The notes under the pieces were generated by a model. The model saw nothing but the letters and a program-made list of their open reading frames with translations. It made no database searches and was not told the origin of the DNA. Positions 30,431 to 39,743 of a stretch of DNA of 49,659 bases are shown piece by piece. The stretch's first letter is position 1; each line of letters begins with the position of its first letter. Origin of the DNA: Betaproteobacteria bacterium RIFCSPLOWO2_12_FULL_68_19 (lineage in GTDB: Bacteria > Pseudomonadota > Gammaproteobacteria > Burkholderiales > SG8-39); NCBI GenBank assembly GCA_001772055.1, contig MERP01000022.1:623-50281 (forward strand), given 5' to 3'. A program made the position numbers and the translations under genes.

Positions 30431-31369
30431 ATGCGAATGCTCGGATTGCTCGCGCTGTGCGCCGTTACGTCGGCGGGTGCTCAGATGTCCAATCTCCCGC
30501 CCGAGATCGGCGCCGGCATCGCCGCCATCGGCCCGGTCTGGAGCGGCGAGGTGCTCAAGCGCACGCAGGCGCTCTACCGCCCGGTGCTGCAGGACCAGCC
30601 GCGCGCCGGGATCAGGATCGTCACCGACGTGGCCTACGGCGCGCACGAGCGCCAGAAGCTCGATTTCGCGCACTCCGAGGCGCCCGGACAGGACCTGCCG
30701 GTGCTGGTGTGGATCCCCGGCGGGGGCTGGGGCGCGAGCAACCGCAACGTCGAGGGCCTGTGCTGTCACAACATCCTCGCCTTCTTCGCGAGGCACGGCG
30801 TGCTCGCGATCGCGGCCTCCTACCGCGTCGCCCCCGATCCCTGGCCCGCGGGCGCGGCCGACGTCGGCGCGGCGGTGGCCTGGGCCAGGGCAAACGCGAG
30901 GAAGTACGGCGGCGACCCGGGGCGCATCTACGTGTTCGGCCATTCGGCCGGCGCGGCGAACGTGGCGAGCTACCTGTTCGATCCCGCGGTGCATCCGCCG
31001 CAGGGCCCGGGCGTGGCCGGCGCGATCCTGATGAGCGGCGCAGCCTATCGCGTCACCAGGGACGCCCTGCCGCCCGCCGGGCTCAAGTACTTCGGCGCGG
31101 ACGAAAGCCGCTACGCGGCGCGCTCGTCCCTGCTGCACGTGCCGCGCAGCAAGCCGCTGCCGGTGCTGCTGGCGTACGCGGAATACGACCCGGTCGCGCT
31201 CTCGGCGCCCTCGCTCGAGCTCGCGCAGGCGCTCTGCGCGCGCGACAAGAAGTGCCCGGGCATCGTGTACCTGCGCGGCCACAACCACCTCTCGCCGAGC
31301 CTGAGCTTCAACACGCGCGACGAGGAGCTCGGAAAGCGCGTGCTCGGCTTCATGCGGGCCGGGCACTGA
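30431..31369 (+). CDS. Secreted alpha/beta-hydrolase (esterase/lipase fold-3 type)
   Basis: Signal peptide MRMLGLLALCAVTSAGAQ, oxyanion region WIPGGGW and nucleophile elbow GHSAGA. Confidence 0.8.
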   Translation: MRMLGLLALCAVTSAGAQMSNLPPEIGAGIAAIGPVWSGEVLKRTQALYRPVLQDQPRAGIRIVTDVAYGAHERQKLDFAHSEAPGQDLPVLVWIPGGGWGASNRNVEGLCCHNILAFFARHGVLAIAASYRVAPDPWPAGAADVGAAVAWARANARKYGGDPGRIYVFGHSAGAANVASYLFDPAVHPPQGPGVAGAILMSGAAYRVTRDALPPAGLKYFGADESRYAARSSLLHVPRSKPLPVLLAYAEYDPVALSAPSLELAQALCARDKKCPGIVYLRGHNHLSPSLSFNTRDEELGKRVLGFMRAGH

Positions 31370-31818
31370 GCGTCGCGTACGGCGCGGCGCGGCCCGCGGA
31401 GCTCGGGCAGCTCGTCGCGCTGCTCGGCATCCTGTTCGGGCAGGAAGCCGAGTTCGTGCCGCGGCCGCGAAAGCAGCGCCGCGCGCTCGAGGCCATCGTC
31501 TCGGACCGCGGCATCGGGCGGGTGTTCGTCGCGCGCGAGGCTGAGCGCGTGATCGCGATGGCGAGCCTGCTCTATACCGTCAGCACGGCCGAAGGCGGCA
31601 AGGCGGCGCTGTTCGAAGACCTGGTGGTCCTGCCCGAATTCCGCGGCAAGGGCGTGGGCACGGCGCTGCTGCGCTTCGTGATCGCCCAGGCGCGCAAGGA
31701 AGGCGTGCTGCGCCTCACGCTGCTCACCGACCGGCACAACGAGCGCGCGCACGCGCTCTATCGCAGGCACGGATTCGTCGATTCGCCTATGAAGGCGATG
31801 CGATTGCAGCTCGGTTGA
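31366..31818 (+). CDS. GNAT family N-acetyltransferase
   Basis: Acetyl-CoA motif LPEFRGKGVGTALL and C-terminal ALYRRHGF. The fold-complete N-terminus is reached only from CTG 31366, which overlaps the esterase stop. Confidence 0.72.
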   Translation: MSVAYGAARPAELGQLVALLGILFGQEAEFVPRPRKQRRALEAIVSDRGIGRVFVAREAERVIAMASLLYTVSTAEGGKAALFEDLVVLPEFRGKGVGTALLRFVIAQARKEGVLRLTLLTDRHNERAHALYRRHGFVDSPMKAMRLQLG

Positions 31819-32062
31819 AAATCTTCCGCAACGTCAGGCAGAAAGGCAGGACTTCGGCGCCCTCGAGCATGCCGCGGCGCGCCATCTCGCGGTGCAGCTC
31901 GGGCAGGCTGTAGTGCGGCACCGAAGCGTAGAGGTGGTGCTCGATGTGGTAGTTCACCCGGTGCGGGAAGATCAGCCACTCGAGCCAGCCGGGCACGACG
32001 TTGGTGCGCGCGGCGGTGAGCGGCGAGGAGAAGTCGCCCTTGAACTCCTCGCCGCTTTTCAC
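31787..32062 (-). pseudogene. C-terminal remnant of a membrane fatty-acid desaturase
   Basis: The 91-aa ORF contains only the last histidine box and tail (NYHIEHHLYASVPHYSLPELH). The roughly 200+ N-terminal residues expected for the family are absent, because gabD ends 10 nt upstream. Confidence 0.6.
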
Positions 32063-32072
32063 TGCCCGGCTT

Positions 32073-33560
32073 TCACTGGATCCCGCCCAGCAGGATGTAC
32101 TTCACCTCGAGATACTCCTCCAGGCCGTACTTCGAGCCTTCGCGGCCGAGACCGGACTGCTTGACGCCGCCGAAGGGCGCGATCTCGGTGGAGATGATGC
32201 CCGCGTTGGCGCCGACGATGCCGGTTTCCATTTGCTCCGCCACCCGCCAGATGCGTCCCACGTCGCGGCTGTAGAAGTAGCCGCACAGCCCGAACTCGGT
32301 GTCGTTCGCGAGCCGGATCGCCTCCTCCTCGGTCTTGAAGCGGATGAGCGGCGCCACCGGTCCGAAGGTCTCCTCGTGCGAGACCACCATCTCCGGGGTG
32401 ACGTTAGCGAGCACCGTGGGCTGGAAGAACAGCCCGCCGCGCTCGTGCCGCTTGCCGCCCAGGAGGGTCTTCGCGCCCTTGCCGAGGGCGTCGGCCACGT
32501 GCTTCTCCACCTTCTTCATGCCCTGCTCGTCGATCAGCGGCCCGATCACCACGCCGGGCTCGGTGCCGGCGCCGACCTTGAATCCCTTGACCTTGTCCGT
32601 CAGCTTGGCCGCGAAGGCGTCATAGACGCTGTCCTGCACGTAGATCCGGTTGGCGCATACGCAGGTCTGGCCGGCGTTGCGGTACTTGGAGGCGATCGCC
32701 CCCTCGACCGCGGCGTCAAGGTCGGCATCGTCGAACACGATGAAGGGCGCGTTGCCGCCGAGCTCGAGCGAGAGCTTCTTCACCGTGTCGGCGCACTGCT
32801 TCATCAGGATGCGCCCGGTCTCGGTCGAGCCGGTGAACGACAGCTTCCTCACCGTGGGGTTGGCGCACAGCTCGCCGCCGATCGCGCGCGAATCGCCGGT
32901 GAGGATGTTCAGAACGCCCTTCGGGATCCCGGCGCGGCTGCCGAGCTCGGCCATGGCGAGCGCCGAGAAGGGCGTCTGCCCGGCGGGCTTGAGCACCACG
33001 GTGCAGCCCGCGGCGAGCGCCGGCCCCGCCTTGCGCGTGATCATCGCGTTGGGGAAGTTCCACGGCGTGATCATGGCCGACACGCCGATCGGCTGCTTGA
33101 TGACCAGGACGCGCTTGTCGGCCTGGTGCTGCGGAATGACGTCGCCGTAGGCGCGCTTGCCCTCCTCGGCGAACCACTCGATGAACGAGGCGCCGTAGGC
33201 GATCTCGCCGCGCGCCTCGGCGAGCGGCTTGCCCTGCTCGGCGGTCAGGATCTGCGCCAGGTCCTCCTGGTTCGCCATCATCAGCTCGTACCACTTGCGC
33301 AGGATGACGGCGCGCTCCTTGGCGGTCTTGGCGCGCCACGCCGGCCAGGCGCGCTCGGCGGCCTCGATCGCGCGCCGCGTCTCCGCCGCGCCCAGGTTGG
33401 GCACCGTGCCGAGCACGTCGCCGGTCGCCGGGTTGTCGACGGGAAAGGTCTTGCCGCCGTGGGCACCGACCCACTCGCCGTCGATGTAGCACTGCTCGCG
33501 GAACAGCTTGGGATCCTTCAGGGGAAGCGCCGGCAGTCCGGCTTTTGCGGGTGCGTTCAT
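32073..33560 (-). CDS. gabD: NAD(P)+-dependent succinate-semialdehyde dehydrogenase
   Basis: 495-aa aldehyde dehydrogenase with LELGGNAP and catalytic Cys in GQTCVCANR. It looks GabD-like throughout. Confidence 0.88.
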   Translation of the reverse strand: MNAPAKAGLPALPLKDPKLFREQCYIDGEWVGAHGGKTFPVDNPATGDVLGTVPNLGAAETRRAIEAAERAWPAWRAKTAKERAVILRKWYELMMANQEDLAQILTAEQGKPLAEARGEIAYGASFIEWFAEEGKRAYGDVIPQHQADKRVLVIKQPIGVSAMITPWNFPNAMITRKAGPALAAGCTVVLKPAGQTPFSALAMAELGSRAGIPKGVLNILTGDSRAIGGELCANPTVRKLSFTGSTETGRILMKQCADTVKKLSLELGGNAPFIVFDDADLDAAVEGAIASKYRNAGQTCVCANRIYVQDSVYDAFAAKLTDKVKGFKVGAGTEPGVVIGPLIDEQGMKKVEKHVADALGKGAKTLLGGKRHERGGLFFQPTVLANVTPEMVVSHEETFGPVAPLIRFKTEEEAIRLANDTEFGLCGYFYSRDVGRIWRVAEQMETGIVGANAGIISTEIAPFGGVKQSGLGREGSKYGLEEYLEVKYILLGGIQ

Positions 33561-33634
33561 CCGTACCTCCTGTGGAAGGCGGATTTTACTCCCGGCGGTA
33601 GTGATACATTTCGATCTCCAAGGAGGAGGAGACC

Positions 33635-34087
33635 ATGGTCAAGTTTGTCGTCAACGGCAGGGAGGCGCATTCCGAGCAGCCGGGCGATACCCCGCTGCTA
33701 TGGGTAGTTCGCGACGAGCTGGGGCTGACGGGCACCAAGTTCGGCTGCGGCATCGCGCAGTGCGGCGCCTGCACCGTCCACGTGAACGGCGTGCCGACGC
33801 GCGCCTGCATCACGCCGGTGTCTTCGGTCGCCGGAAAGAGAATCACCACCATCGAGGGCCTGTCGCCGGCGGCGGATCACGCCCTGCAGAAGGCCTGGAT
33901 CGAGGAGCAGGTGCCGCAGTGCGGCTACTGCCAGTCGGGACAGATCATGGCCGCCGCGGCGCTGCTCGCCAAGAACAAGAAGCCCACGCGCGCGCAGATC
34001 GTCGCGCACATGAAAGGCAACCTGTGCCGTTGCGGCACCTACAACCAGATCGTCGCCGCCATCCAGCGCGCGGCGAAGCAAGCGTAA
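33635..34087 (+). CDS. (2Fe-2S)-binding small subunit of a molybdopterin hydroxylase (IorA-like)
   Basis: 150 aa with [11 protein letters not shown] and QCGYCQSG...CRCGTY, the two [2Fe-2S] cluster motifs. Confidence 0.9.
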   Translation: MVKFVVNGREAHSEQPGDTPLLWVVRDELGLTGTKFGCGIAQCGACTVHVNGVPTRACITPVSSVAGKRITTIEGLSPAADHALQKAWIEEQVPQCGYCQSGQIMAAAALLAKNKKPTRAQIVAHMKGNLCRCGTYNQIVAAIQRAAKQA

Positions 34088-34097
34088 GGAGGCGGCC

Positions 34098-36290
34098 ATG
34101 AAACCGGAATTCGAAGGCATCGTTTTCCAGGGCATTTCGCGCCGCGCGTTCCTGCTCTCCAGCGGCGCCGCAGCTGTTGCCGTTACATTCGGTGGACTTT
34201 CCCTTTCGAAGAAGGTCCTCGCGCAGGCCGGGCCCTACGCGCCAAACGGCTGGGTGCGCGTCGGCACCGACAACATCGTCACCATCTATGCCCCGGCCTC
34301 GGAAATGGGCCAGGGCGTGATGACGGCGATGCCGCTGCTCATCGCCGAGGAGATGGACCTCGACTGGAACCTGTGCCGCGTCGAGCAGGCGCCCGCCGAC
34401 CCGAAAATCTTCGGCAATCCGCTGTTTGGCGGCGGCATGCTCACCGGGGCCTCGCGCACCACGCGCGGCTACTACGAGATCATGCGCCTCGCGGGCATGC
34501 AGGCGCGCGAGATCATGCTGCAGAACGCGGGCCGCAAGCTCGACGTGCCGGTGTCGGATTTGAGCACCGAGCCGCACTACGTGGTGCACAAGGCCAGCGG
34601 CCGGCGCATGAGCTACGGCGAGATCGCGTCCTTCGCGCAGGTGCCGTCGAGCCCGCCGCAGTTCACGCGCGAGCGCCTCAAGTCGCCCAAGCAGTTCCGC
34701 CTCATCGGCAAGGACATCGGGCGCATCGACGTGCCAGACAAGGTGTCGGGCCGCGCCAAGTACGGCATCGATGTCCGGCAGCCCGGCATGCTGTACGCCA
34801 CGGTGCTGCGCGCGCCGGTGCAGGGCGAGAAGCCCGAGAAGATCGACGACGCGGCGGCGAAGAAGGTGCCGGGCGTCAGGGCGGTCGTGCCGCTGCCCTA
34901 CGGCGTGGGCGTGGTGGCGGACACCTACTGGGCGGCGCGCAAGGGGCGAAACGCGCTCAAGGTTTCCTGGTCGAGCGGCGCCAAGGCGCGCGCCTATTCG
35001 TCGGACAAGGCGCTCGCCGAGTTCCAGGCGCGCGCGCGCAACCTGTCGGATACCGGCCTCGAGTTCGTGAAGGAGGGGGACCCGGAGGGCGCCCTCAAGA
35101 AGGGCAGGACGTTCATCCAGGCGGAGTATTCGTCGCAGCACGTCGCGCAGGTGCCGATGGAGCCGATGAACTGCACGGCCAGGGTGGACGGCGACAAGGT
35201 CGAGATCTGGAGCCCCAGCCAGGCCGCGAGCCTGGTCGCCCTTGCCGCTACCATCACCGGATTCAAGCCGGAGAACACCGCGATCAACATCACGCTTCTC
35301 GGCGGCGGCTTCGGCCGGCGGGTCGATTTCGACTACGTGATCGACGCGGTGCTCCTCGCCAAGAACTTCCAGGGCTCGGCGGTAAAGGTCGTCTGGCCGC
35401 GCGAGGACGATGTGCAGTTCACGAAGTTCCGGCCGCTCGTCGCCCAGCATCTGTCGGCCGCGCTCGACCCCCAGGGAAATCCGATCGCGCTGCGCCATCG
35501 CATCGTCGGCGAGTCGGTCTACGCGCGCGCCAATCCGCCAGCGTTCCAGAAGGCGGGCGGGCGCGACATCGTGCTCTGCGAAGGTGCCGAGCACATCACT
35601 TACGGCGTGCCGAACCGGGTGCTCTACTACCTGCGCGAGCAGCGCGGCATCGACGTAGGTTTTTGGCGCGGGGTTGGCTCGGGCTACACCAAGTTCGCCA
35701 TCGAGACCTTCATCGACGAGCTCGCCTCGATCGCGCGCAAGGATCCGGTGGCGTACCGGCTGGGGCTGCTCAAGAACAGCCCGCGCGCGCGCGAGGTCAT
35801 CGAGGAGGTAGTGCGCATGTCGCAGTGGCACTCGCCGCGCCCCCGGGGCCGCGCGCTGGGCATCGCGTACTCCGACTCCTGGGAGACGCACTGCGCGCAG
35901 GTGGCGGAGGTCTCGGTCGACCGCAAGACCGGAGCGGTGCGCGTGCACGAGGTCTGGTGCGCCGTCGATTGCGGCGTCGCGCTGCAGCCGAGGAACGTCG
36001 CCGCGCAGATGGAGTCGGCGATCATGTTCGGCCTGTCCGCGGCGCTGGCCGAGCAGGTGACCTTCAAGGACGGCGTGCCGCAGCAGTCGAACTTCCACGA
36101 CTATCCGGTGCTGCGGATGGACCAGGCGCCGCTCGTGCACGTCAAGGTGATGGTGACCGAGAACAAGCCCGGCGGCATCGGCGAGGTCGGCCTGCCGCCG
36201 ATCGCGCCTGCGGTCGCCAACGCGCTCGCCAAGCTCACCGGCAAGCGCCTGCGCGACCTGCCGTTCAAGAAGGAGATGCTGAAGGCCTAG
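34098..36290 (+). CDS. Molybdopterin-binding large subunit of an aldehyde/isoquinoline-type oxidoreductase (IorB-like), Tat-exported
   Basis: 730 aa with a twin-arginine-like signal (ISRRAFLLSSGAAAVA) and xanthine dehydrogenase-family domains. It lies 10 nt downstream of the 2Fe-2S subunit gene. Confidence 0.88.
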   Translation: MKPEFEGIVFQGISRRAFLLSSGAAAVAVTFGGLSLSKKVLAQAGPYAPNGWVRVGTDNIVTIYAPASEMGQGVMTAMPLLIAEEMDLDWNLCRVEQAPADPKIFGNPLFGGGMLTGASRTTRGYYEIMRLAGMQAREIMLQNAGRKLDVPVSDLSTEPHYVVHKASGRRMSYGEIASFAQVPSSPPQFTRERLKSPKQFRLIGKDIGRIDVPDKVSGRAKYGIDVRQPGMLYATVLRAPVQGEKPEKIDDAAAKKVPGVRAVVPLPYGVGVVADTYWAARKGRNALKVSWSSGAKARAYSSDKALAEFQARARNLSDTGLEFVKEGDPEGALKKGRTFIQAEYSSQHVAQVPMEPMNCTARVDGDKVEIWSPSQAASLVALAATITGFKPENTAINITLLGGGFGRRVDFDYVIDAVLLAKNFQGSAVKVVWPREDDVQFTKFRPLVAQHLSAALDPQGNPIALRHRIVGESVYARANPPAFQKAGGRDIVLCEGAEHITYGVPNRVLYYLREQRGIDVGFWRGVGSGYTKFAIETFIDELASIARKDPVAYRLGLLKNSPRAREVIEEVVRMSQWHSPRPRGRALGIAYSDSWETHCAQVAEVSVDRKTGAVRVHEVWCAVDCGVALQPRNVAAQMESAIMFGLSAALAEQVTFKDGVPQQSNFHDYPVLRMDQAPLVHVKVMVTENKPGGIGEVGLPPIAPAVANALAKLTGKRLRDLPFKKEMLKA

Positions 36291-36296
36291 CTTCGC

Positions 36297-37076
36297 TCAG
36301 AAGGTCCCGGGGTAAGAACCTCCGTCCATCAGGAGGTTCTGCCCCGTGATGAACCCGGCCTGGGCGCTGCACAGGTAGGCGCAGGCGTCGCCGAACTCCT
36401 CGATCGTGCCGAAGCGCTTGGCCGGGTTCGCCTCGGCGCGCAGCTTCGCGAGCTCGGCGGCGCTCTTGCCGAGCTTCCTGGCGTTGAACTCGAAGTTCGA
36501 GCGCAGCCGCTCGGTGTCGAAGGGCCCGGGCAGCAGGTTGTTGATGGTGACGTTGTGCTGCACCGCGGTGCGCGACAGCCCGGCGATGAAGCCCGTCAGC
36601 CCGGTGCGCGCGCCGTTCGAGAGGCCGAGCTCCGGGATCGGCTGCTTCACCGCGCCCGAGGTGATGTTCACGATGCGGCCGAAGCGGCGCGCGATCATGG
36701 CGTCGATCACCGCGCGCACCATCAGGATCGGCGCGATCATGTTGCCGTCGAGCGCCTTCACCCAGGTGTCGCGGTCCCATTCGCGGAAGTCCCCGGGCGG
36801 CGGCCCGCCGGCGTTGTTGACCAGGATGTCGGGCGCAGGGCAGGCCTTGAGCGCGGCCTCGCGGCCCTCGGGCGTGGTGATGTCGCCGACTACGGTTCTC
36901 ACCTTGACCTTGAAAAGAGATTGAATCTCGGTCGCGGTAGCCTCGAGCGCCTCGCGCCCGCGCGCGGTGATCACGAGCTCGGCGCCCTCGCGCGCGAGCG
37001 CCATGGCGCAGCCCTTGCCCAGCCCTTTCGACGCCGCGCACACCAGCGCGGTCCTGCCGCGGATTCCCAGATCCAT
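36297..37076 (-). CDS. Short-chain dehydrogenase/reductase family oxidoreductase
   Basis: 259 aa with cofactor motif AASKGLG and NNAG, and SDR-like length and pattern. Confidence 0.88.
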   Translation of the reverse strand: MDLGIRGRTALVCAASKGLGKGCAMALAREGAELVITARGREALEATATEIQSLFKVKVRTVVGDITTPEGREAALKACPAPDILVNNAGGPPPGDFREWDRDTWVKALDGNMIAPILMVRAVIDAMIARRFGRIVNITSGAVKQPIPELGLSNGARTGLTGFIAGLSRTAVQHNVTINNLLPGPFDTERLRSNFEFNARKLGKSAAELAKLRAEANPAKRFGTIEEFGDACAYLCSAQAGFITGQNLLMDGGSYPGTF

Positions 37077-37110
37077 GCCGTTCTCTCCGTTTGCGTAAAA
37101 TTATAGGGGT

Positions 37111-37833
37111 ATGGCCGGTCACAGCCGATGGGCGAACGTCAAGCACCGCAAGGAGCGCGCGGATGCGAAGCGCGGCAAGATCTTCACGCGCCTCATCAAG
37201 GAGATCAGCGTCGCGGCGCGCCTGGGCGGGGGCGACCCGGCGGGCAACCCGAGGCTGCGGCTCGCGATCGACAAGGCGAAGGAGCAGAACCTCCCGGGCG
37301 ACAACATCCAGCGCGCCATCCAGCGCGGCGCGGGGGACCTGGAGGGCGCCTCCTACGAGGAGCTGCGCTACGAGGGCTACGGCCCGGGCGGCGCGGCGGT
37401 GATGCTCGATTGCCTCACCGACAACCGCACGCGCACCGTCGCCGAGGTGCGCCACGCGTTCACCAAGAACGGCGGCAACCTCGGCTCGGACGGCTCGGTC
37501 GCGTACCTCTTCAAGCATTGCGGGCAGTTCGTGTTCGCGCCCGGCACGAGCGAGGACAAGGTGATGGAGGCCGCGCTCGACGCCGGCGCCGAGGACGTGT
37601 TCAAGAACGACGACGATTCGGTGGAGCTCGTCTGCGCGCCGGCGGACTTCGCGGCGGTGAAGGCGGCGCTCGCCAAGGCCGGGCTCAAGCCCGAGCTCGC
37701 CGAGGTGACGATGAAGCCGACCGCGGAGAACGCGCTCGGCGCCGAGGAGGCGGCGCGCATGCGGCGCCTGCTCGAGGCGCTGGAGAACCTCGACGACGTG
37801 CAGGACGTCTACACCACCGCGGTGATCGACTGA
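37111..37833 (+). CDS. yebC: YebC/PmpR family DNA-binding transcriptional regulator
   Basis: [28 protein letters not shown] is a hallmark N-terminus. 240 aa. Confidence 0.95.
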   Translation: MAGHSRWANVKHRKERADAKRGKIFTRLIKEISVAARLGGGDPAGNPRLRLAIDKAKEQNLPGDNIQRAIQRGAGDLEGASYEELRYEGYGPGGAAVMLDCLTDNRTRTVAEVRHAFTKNGGNLGSDGSVAYLFKHCGQFVFAPGTSEDKVMEAALDAGAEDVFKNDDDSVELVCAPADFAAVKAALAKAGLKPELAEVTMKPTAENALGAEEAARMRRLLEALENLDDVQDVYTTAVID

Positions 37834-38345
37834 GAATCCTCGGCATCGATCCGGGCCTGCAGGTGACTGGGTTCGGCGTTATCGATTCAAGCGACAAAAA
37901 GCTTGTGTACGTGGCGAGCGGCTGCGTGAAGTCCGGTGCGGGCGACCTGGCGGCGCGGCTGAAAACCATCCTTGAGGGCCTGAACGAGGTCATCGCCGCG
38001 CATGCGCCGCTCGAGGTGGCGGTGGAGAAGGTGTTCGTCAACGCCAACCCCCAGTCGACGCTCGCGCTCGGGCAGGCGCGCGGCACCGCCATCTGTGCGG
38101 CGGTGATCGCCGGGCTGCCGGTCGCCGAGTACACCGCGCTGCAGGTGAAGCAGTCGGTGGTCGGCAACGGTCACGCCGCCAAGGAGCAGGTGCAGCACAT
38201 GGTGCGGCGCCTGCTCGCCCTGCCGGGCGATCCCGCGGCCGATGCGGCCGACGCGCTTGCCTGCGCCATCTGCCACGCGCACGGGCGCAGTCTGGGCACG
38301 CTTCAAACAAAATCCTTCAGAATAAGAAAAGGGAGACTCGTTTGA
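37830..38345 (+). CDS. ruvC: Crossover junction endodeoxyribonuclease RuvC
   Basis: From CTG 37830 the frame reads (M)[17 protein letters not shown], colinear with E. coli MAIILGIDPGSRVTGYGVI. It gives 171 aa against 173 aa in E. coli. Confidence 0.9.
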   Translation: MRILGIDPGLQVTGFGVIDSSDKKLVYVASGCVKSGAGDLAARLKTILEGLNEVIAAHAPLEVAVEKVFVNANPQSTLALGQARGTAICAAVIAGLPVAEYTALQVKQSVVGNGHAAKEQVQHMVRRLLALPGDPAADAADALACAICHAHGRSLGTLQTKSFRIRKGRLV

Positions 38346-38908
38346 TCGGCCGGCTTACCGGGCGCCTCGCGGCGAAGCACCCGCCGCAGGTGCTGGTCGA
38401 CGTCGGCGGCGTCGCCTACGAGGTGGACGTGCCGATGAGCACCTTCTACAACCTGCCGGCGAGCGGCGAGGCGGTGAGCCTCTTCACCCATCTGGTGGTG
38501 CGCGAGGACGCGCACGTGCTCTATGGCTTCGCCACGCTCGAGGAGCGCAGCGCTTTCCGACAGCTCATCCGCATCTCGGGCGTGGGCGCGCGCACCGCGC
38601 TCGCGGTGCTGTCCGGGCTCTCGGTCGCGGACCTCGCGCAGGCCGTAATGCTGCAGGACGGCTCGCGCCTGGTGAAAGTCCCCGGCATCGGCAAGAAGAC
38701 CGCGGAGCGGCTGCTGCTCGAGCTCAAGGGCAAGCTCGCCGAGGCGCTGCCCGGGCCGGCGCAGGAGCGCGCGAGCGACGTGGTGAACGCGCTTCTCGGC
38801 CTGGGCTACAGCGAGAAGGAAGCGGCGGCCGCGGTGAAGGGCCTCGCGCCCGGACTGCCGGTGGCCGAGGGAATCCGCGCCGCGCTCAAGGCGCTAGCGA
38901 AAGGCTAG
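38342..38908 (+). CDS. ruvA: Holliday junction branch migration complex subunit RuvA
   Basis: MIGRLTGRL...[10 protein letters not shown] and the HhH motifs ISGVGARTA and [16 protein letters not shown] overlap with the ruvC stop. Confidence 0.93.
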   Translation: MIGRLTGRLAAKHPPQVLVDVGGVAYEVDVPMSTFYNLPASGEAVSLFTHLVVREDAHVLYGFATLEERSAFRQLIRISGVGARTALAVLSGLSVADLAQAVMLQDGSRLVKVPGIGKKTAERLLLELKGKLAEALPGPAQERASDVVNALLGLGYSEKEAAAAVKGLAPGLPVAEGIRAALKALAKG

Positions 38909-39742
38909 GCTGGAAGGCGCTGCCGCCCGCCGGGTCAGAAACTCGGCGAGCCGCGCGCGCACTGCCTTGTCCCTCACCGCCTGGATGTGCCCGGCCTCGG
39001 GCAGAATCCAGAGCTCCTTCGGCGAGGCCGCGCGCTCGAAAAGCCGCTGCGAGTGCTCGACCGACACCACCGTGTCCCGCTCGCCGTGGATGAAGAGCAG
39101 CGGGATCGGGCTCACCGCGCGCACCGATGCGGAGGGTGAGAAGTCGTTGTCGACGGTTTGCGGCAGCAGCCACTGGAAGGGCCAGGTGAGGAAGAAGCTC
39201 GCAAGCTTCTCCCGCACGATGCGGCGGTAATCGGAGAACGCGCTGTCGACGACGATCGCGCGCACGTTGCCGCGGTAGGCGCTGCGTGCGCCGTAATGGA
39301 TCGCGAGCGAGCCTCCCAGGCTCTGGCCGAAGATGATGATGCGCGCCGGGTCGACGTCGGGCCGCGCGAGCAGCGTGCGCATCGCCGCGTCGATGTCGAG
39401 CTGGACGCCTTCGAGCGTGGGCGAGCCCTGCGAGCCGCCGTAGCCGCGGTAGTCGAGCGCGAGCACGTTGAAGCCCGCGGCCGGCATCCAGGCCACGTTC
39501 GCGAAGTGGGTGCTGATGTTCTCGGCGTTGCCGTGCAGGTACAGCACCGTGGCGCGCGGCGCGCCGCGCGCCGGCAGGAACCAGGCGAAGAGCGCGGTGC
39601 CGTCCGCGGCCTTGAACTCCACCGGCTGGTACTCCACGCCGTACTGGCCGGGGGTGGCTACGATATACCGGTGCGGCTGGAAGAAGGCCTGGGTGCAACC
39701 GGCGACGAAAAGCATCGACAACGATATGAAGAAAGCGCGCAT
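38894..39742 (-). CDS. Lipoprotein alpha/beta-hydrolase (serine hydrolase)
   Basis: An internal ATG gives the lipobox signal [16 protein letters not shown]. Motifs: LYLHGNAEN, nucleophile elbow GQSLGG, and downstream IHGERD / GH. 282 aa. Confidence 0.85.
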   Translation of the reverse strand: MRAFFISLSMLFVAGCTQAFFQPHRYIVATPGQYGVEYQPVEFKAADGTALFAWFLPARGAPRATVLYLHGNAENISTHFANVAWMPAAGFNVLALDYRGYGGSQGSPTLEGVQLDIDAAMRTLLARPDVDPARIIIFGQSLGGSLAIHYGARSAYRGNVRAIVVDSAFSDYRRIVREKLASFFLTWPFQWLLPQTVDNDFSPSASVRAVSPIPLLFIHGERDTVVSVEHSQRLFERAASPKELWILPEAGHIQAVRDKAVRARLAEFLTRRAAAPSSLAFR

Positions 39743-39743
39743 G

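Noticed and set aside
37077-37110. Search for a LexA/SOS box (CTGT-N8-ACAG) upstream of yebC-ruvC-ruvA and upstream of the OMP-ruvB unit
   Set aside because: I found no convincing match by eye in either region. A visual scan is not exhaustive, so this absence is weak evidence only, and I do not report a site.
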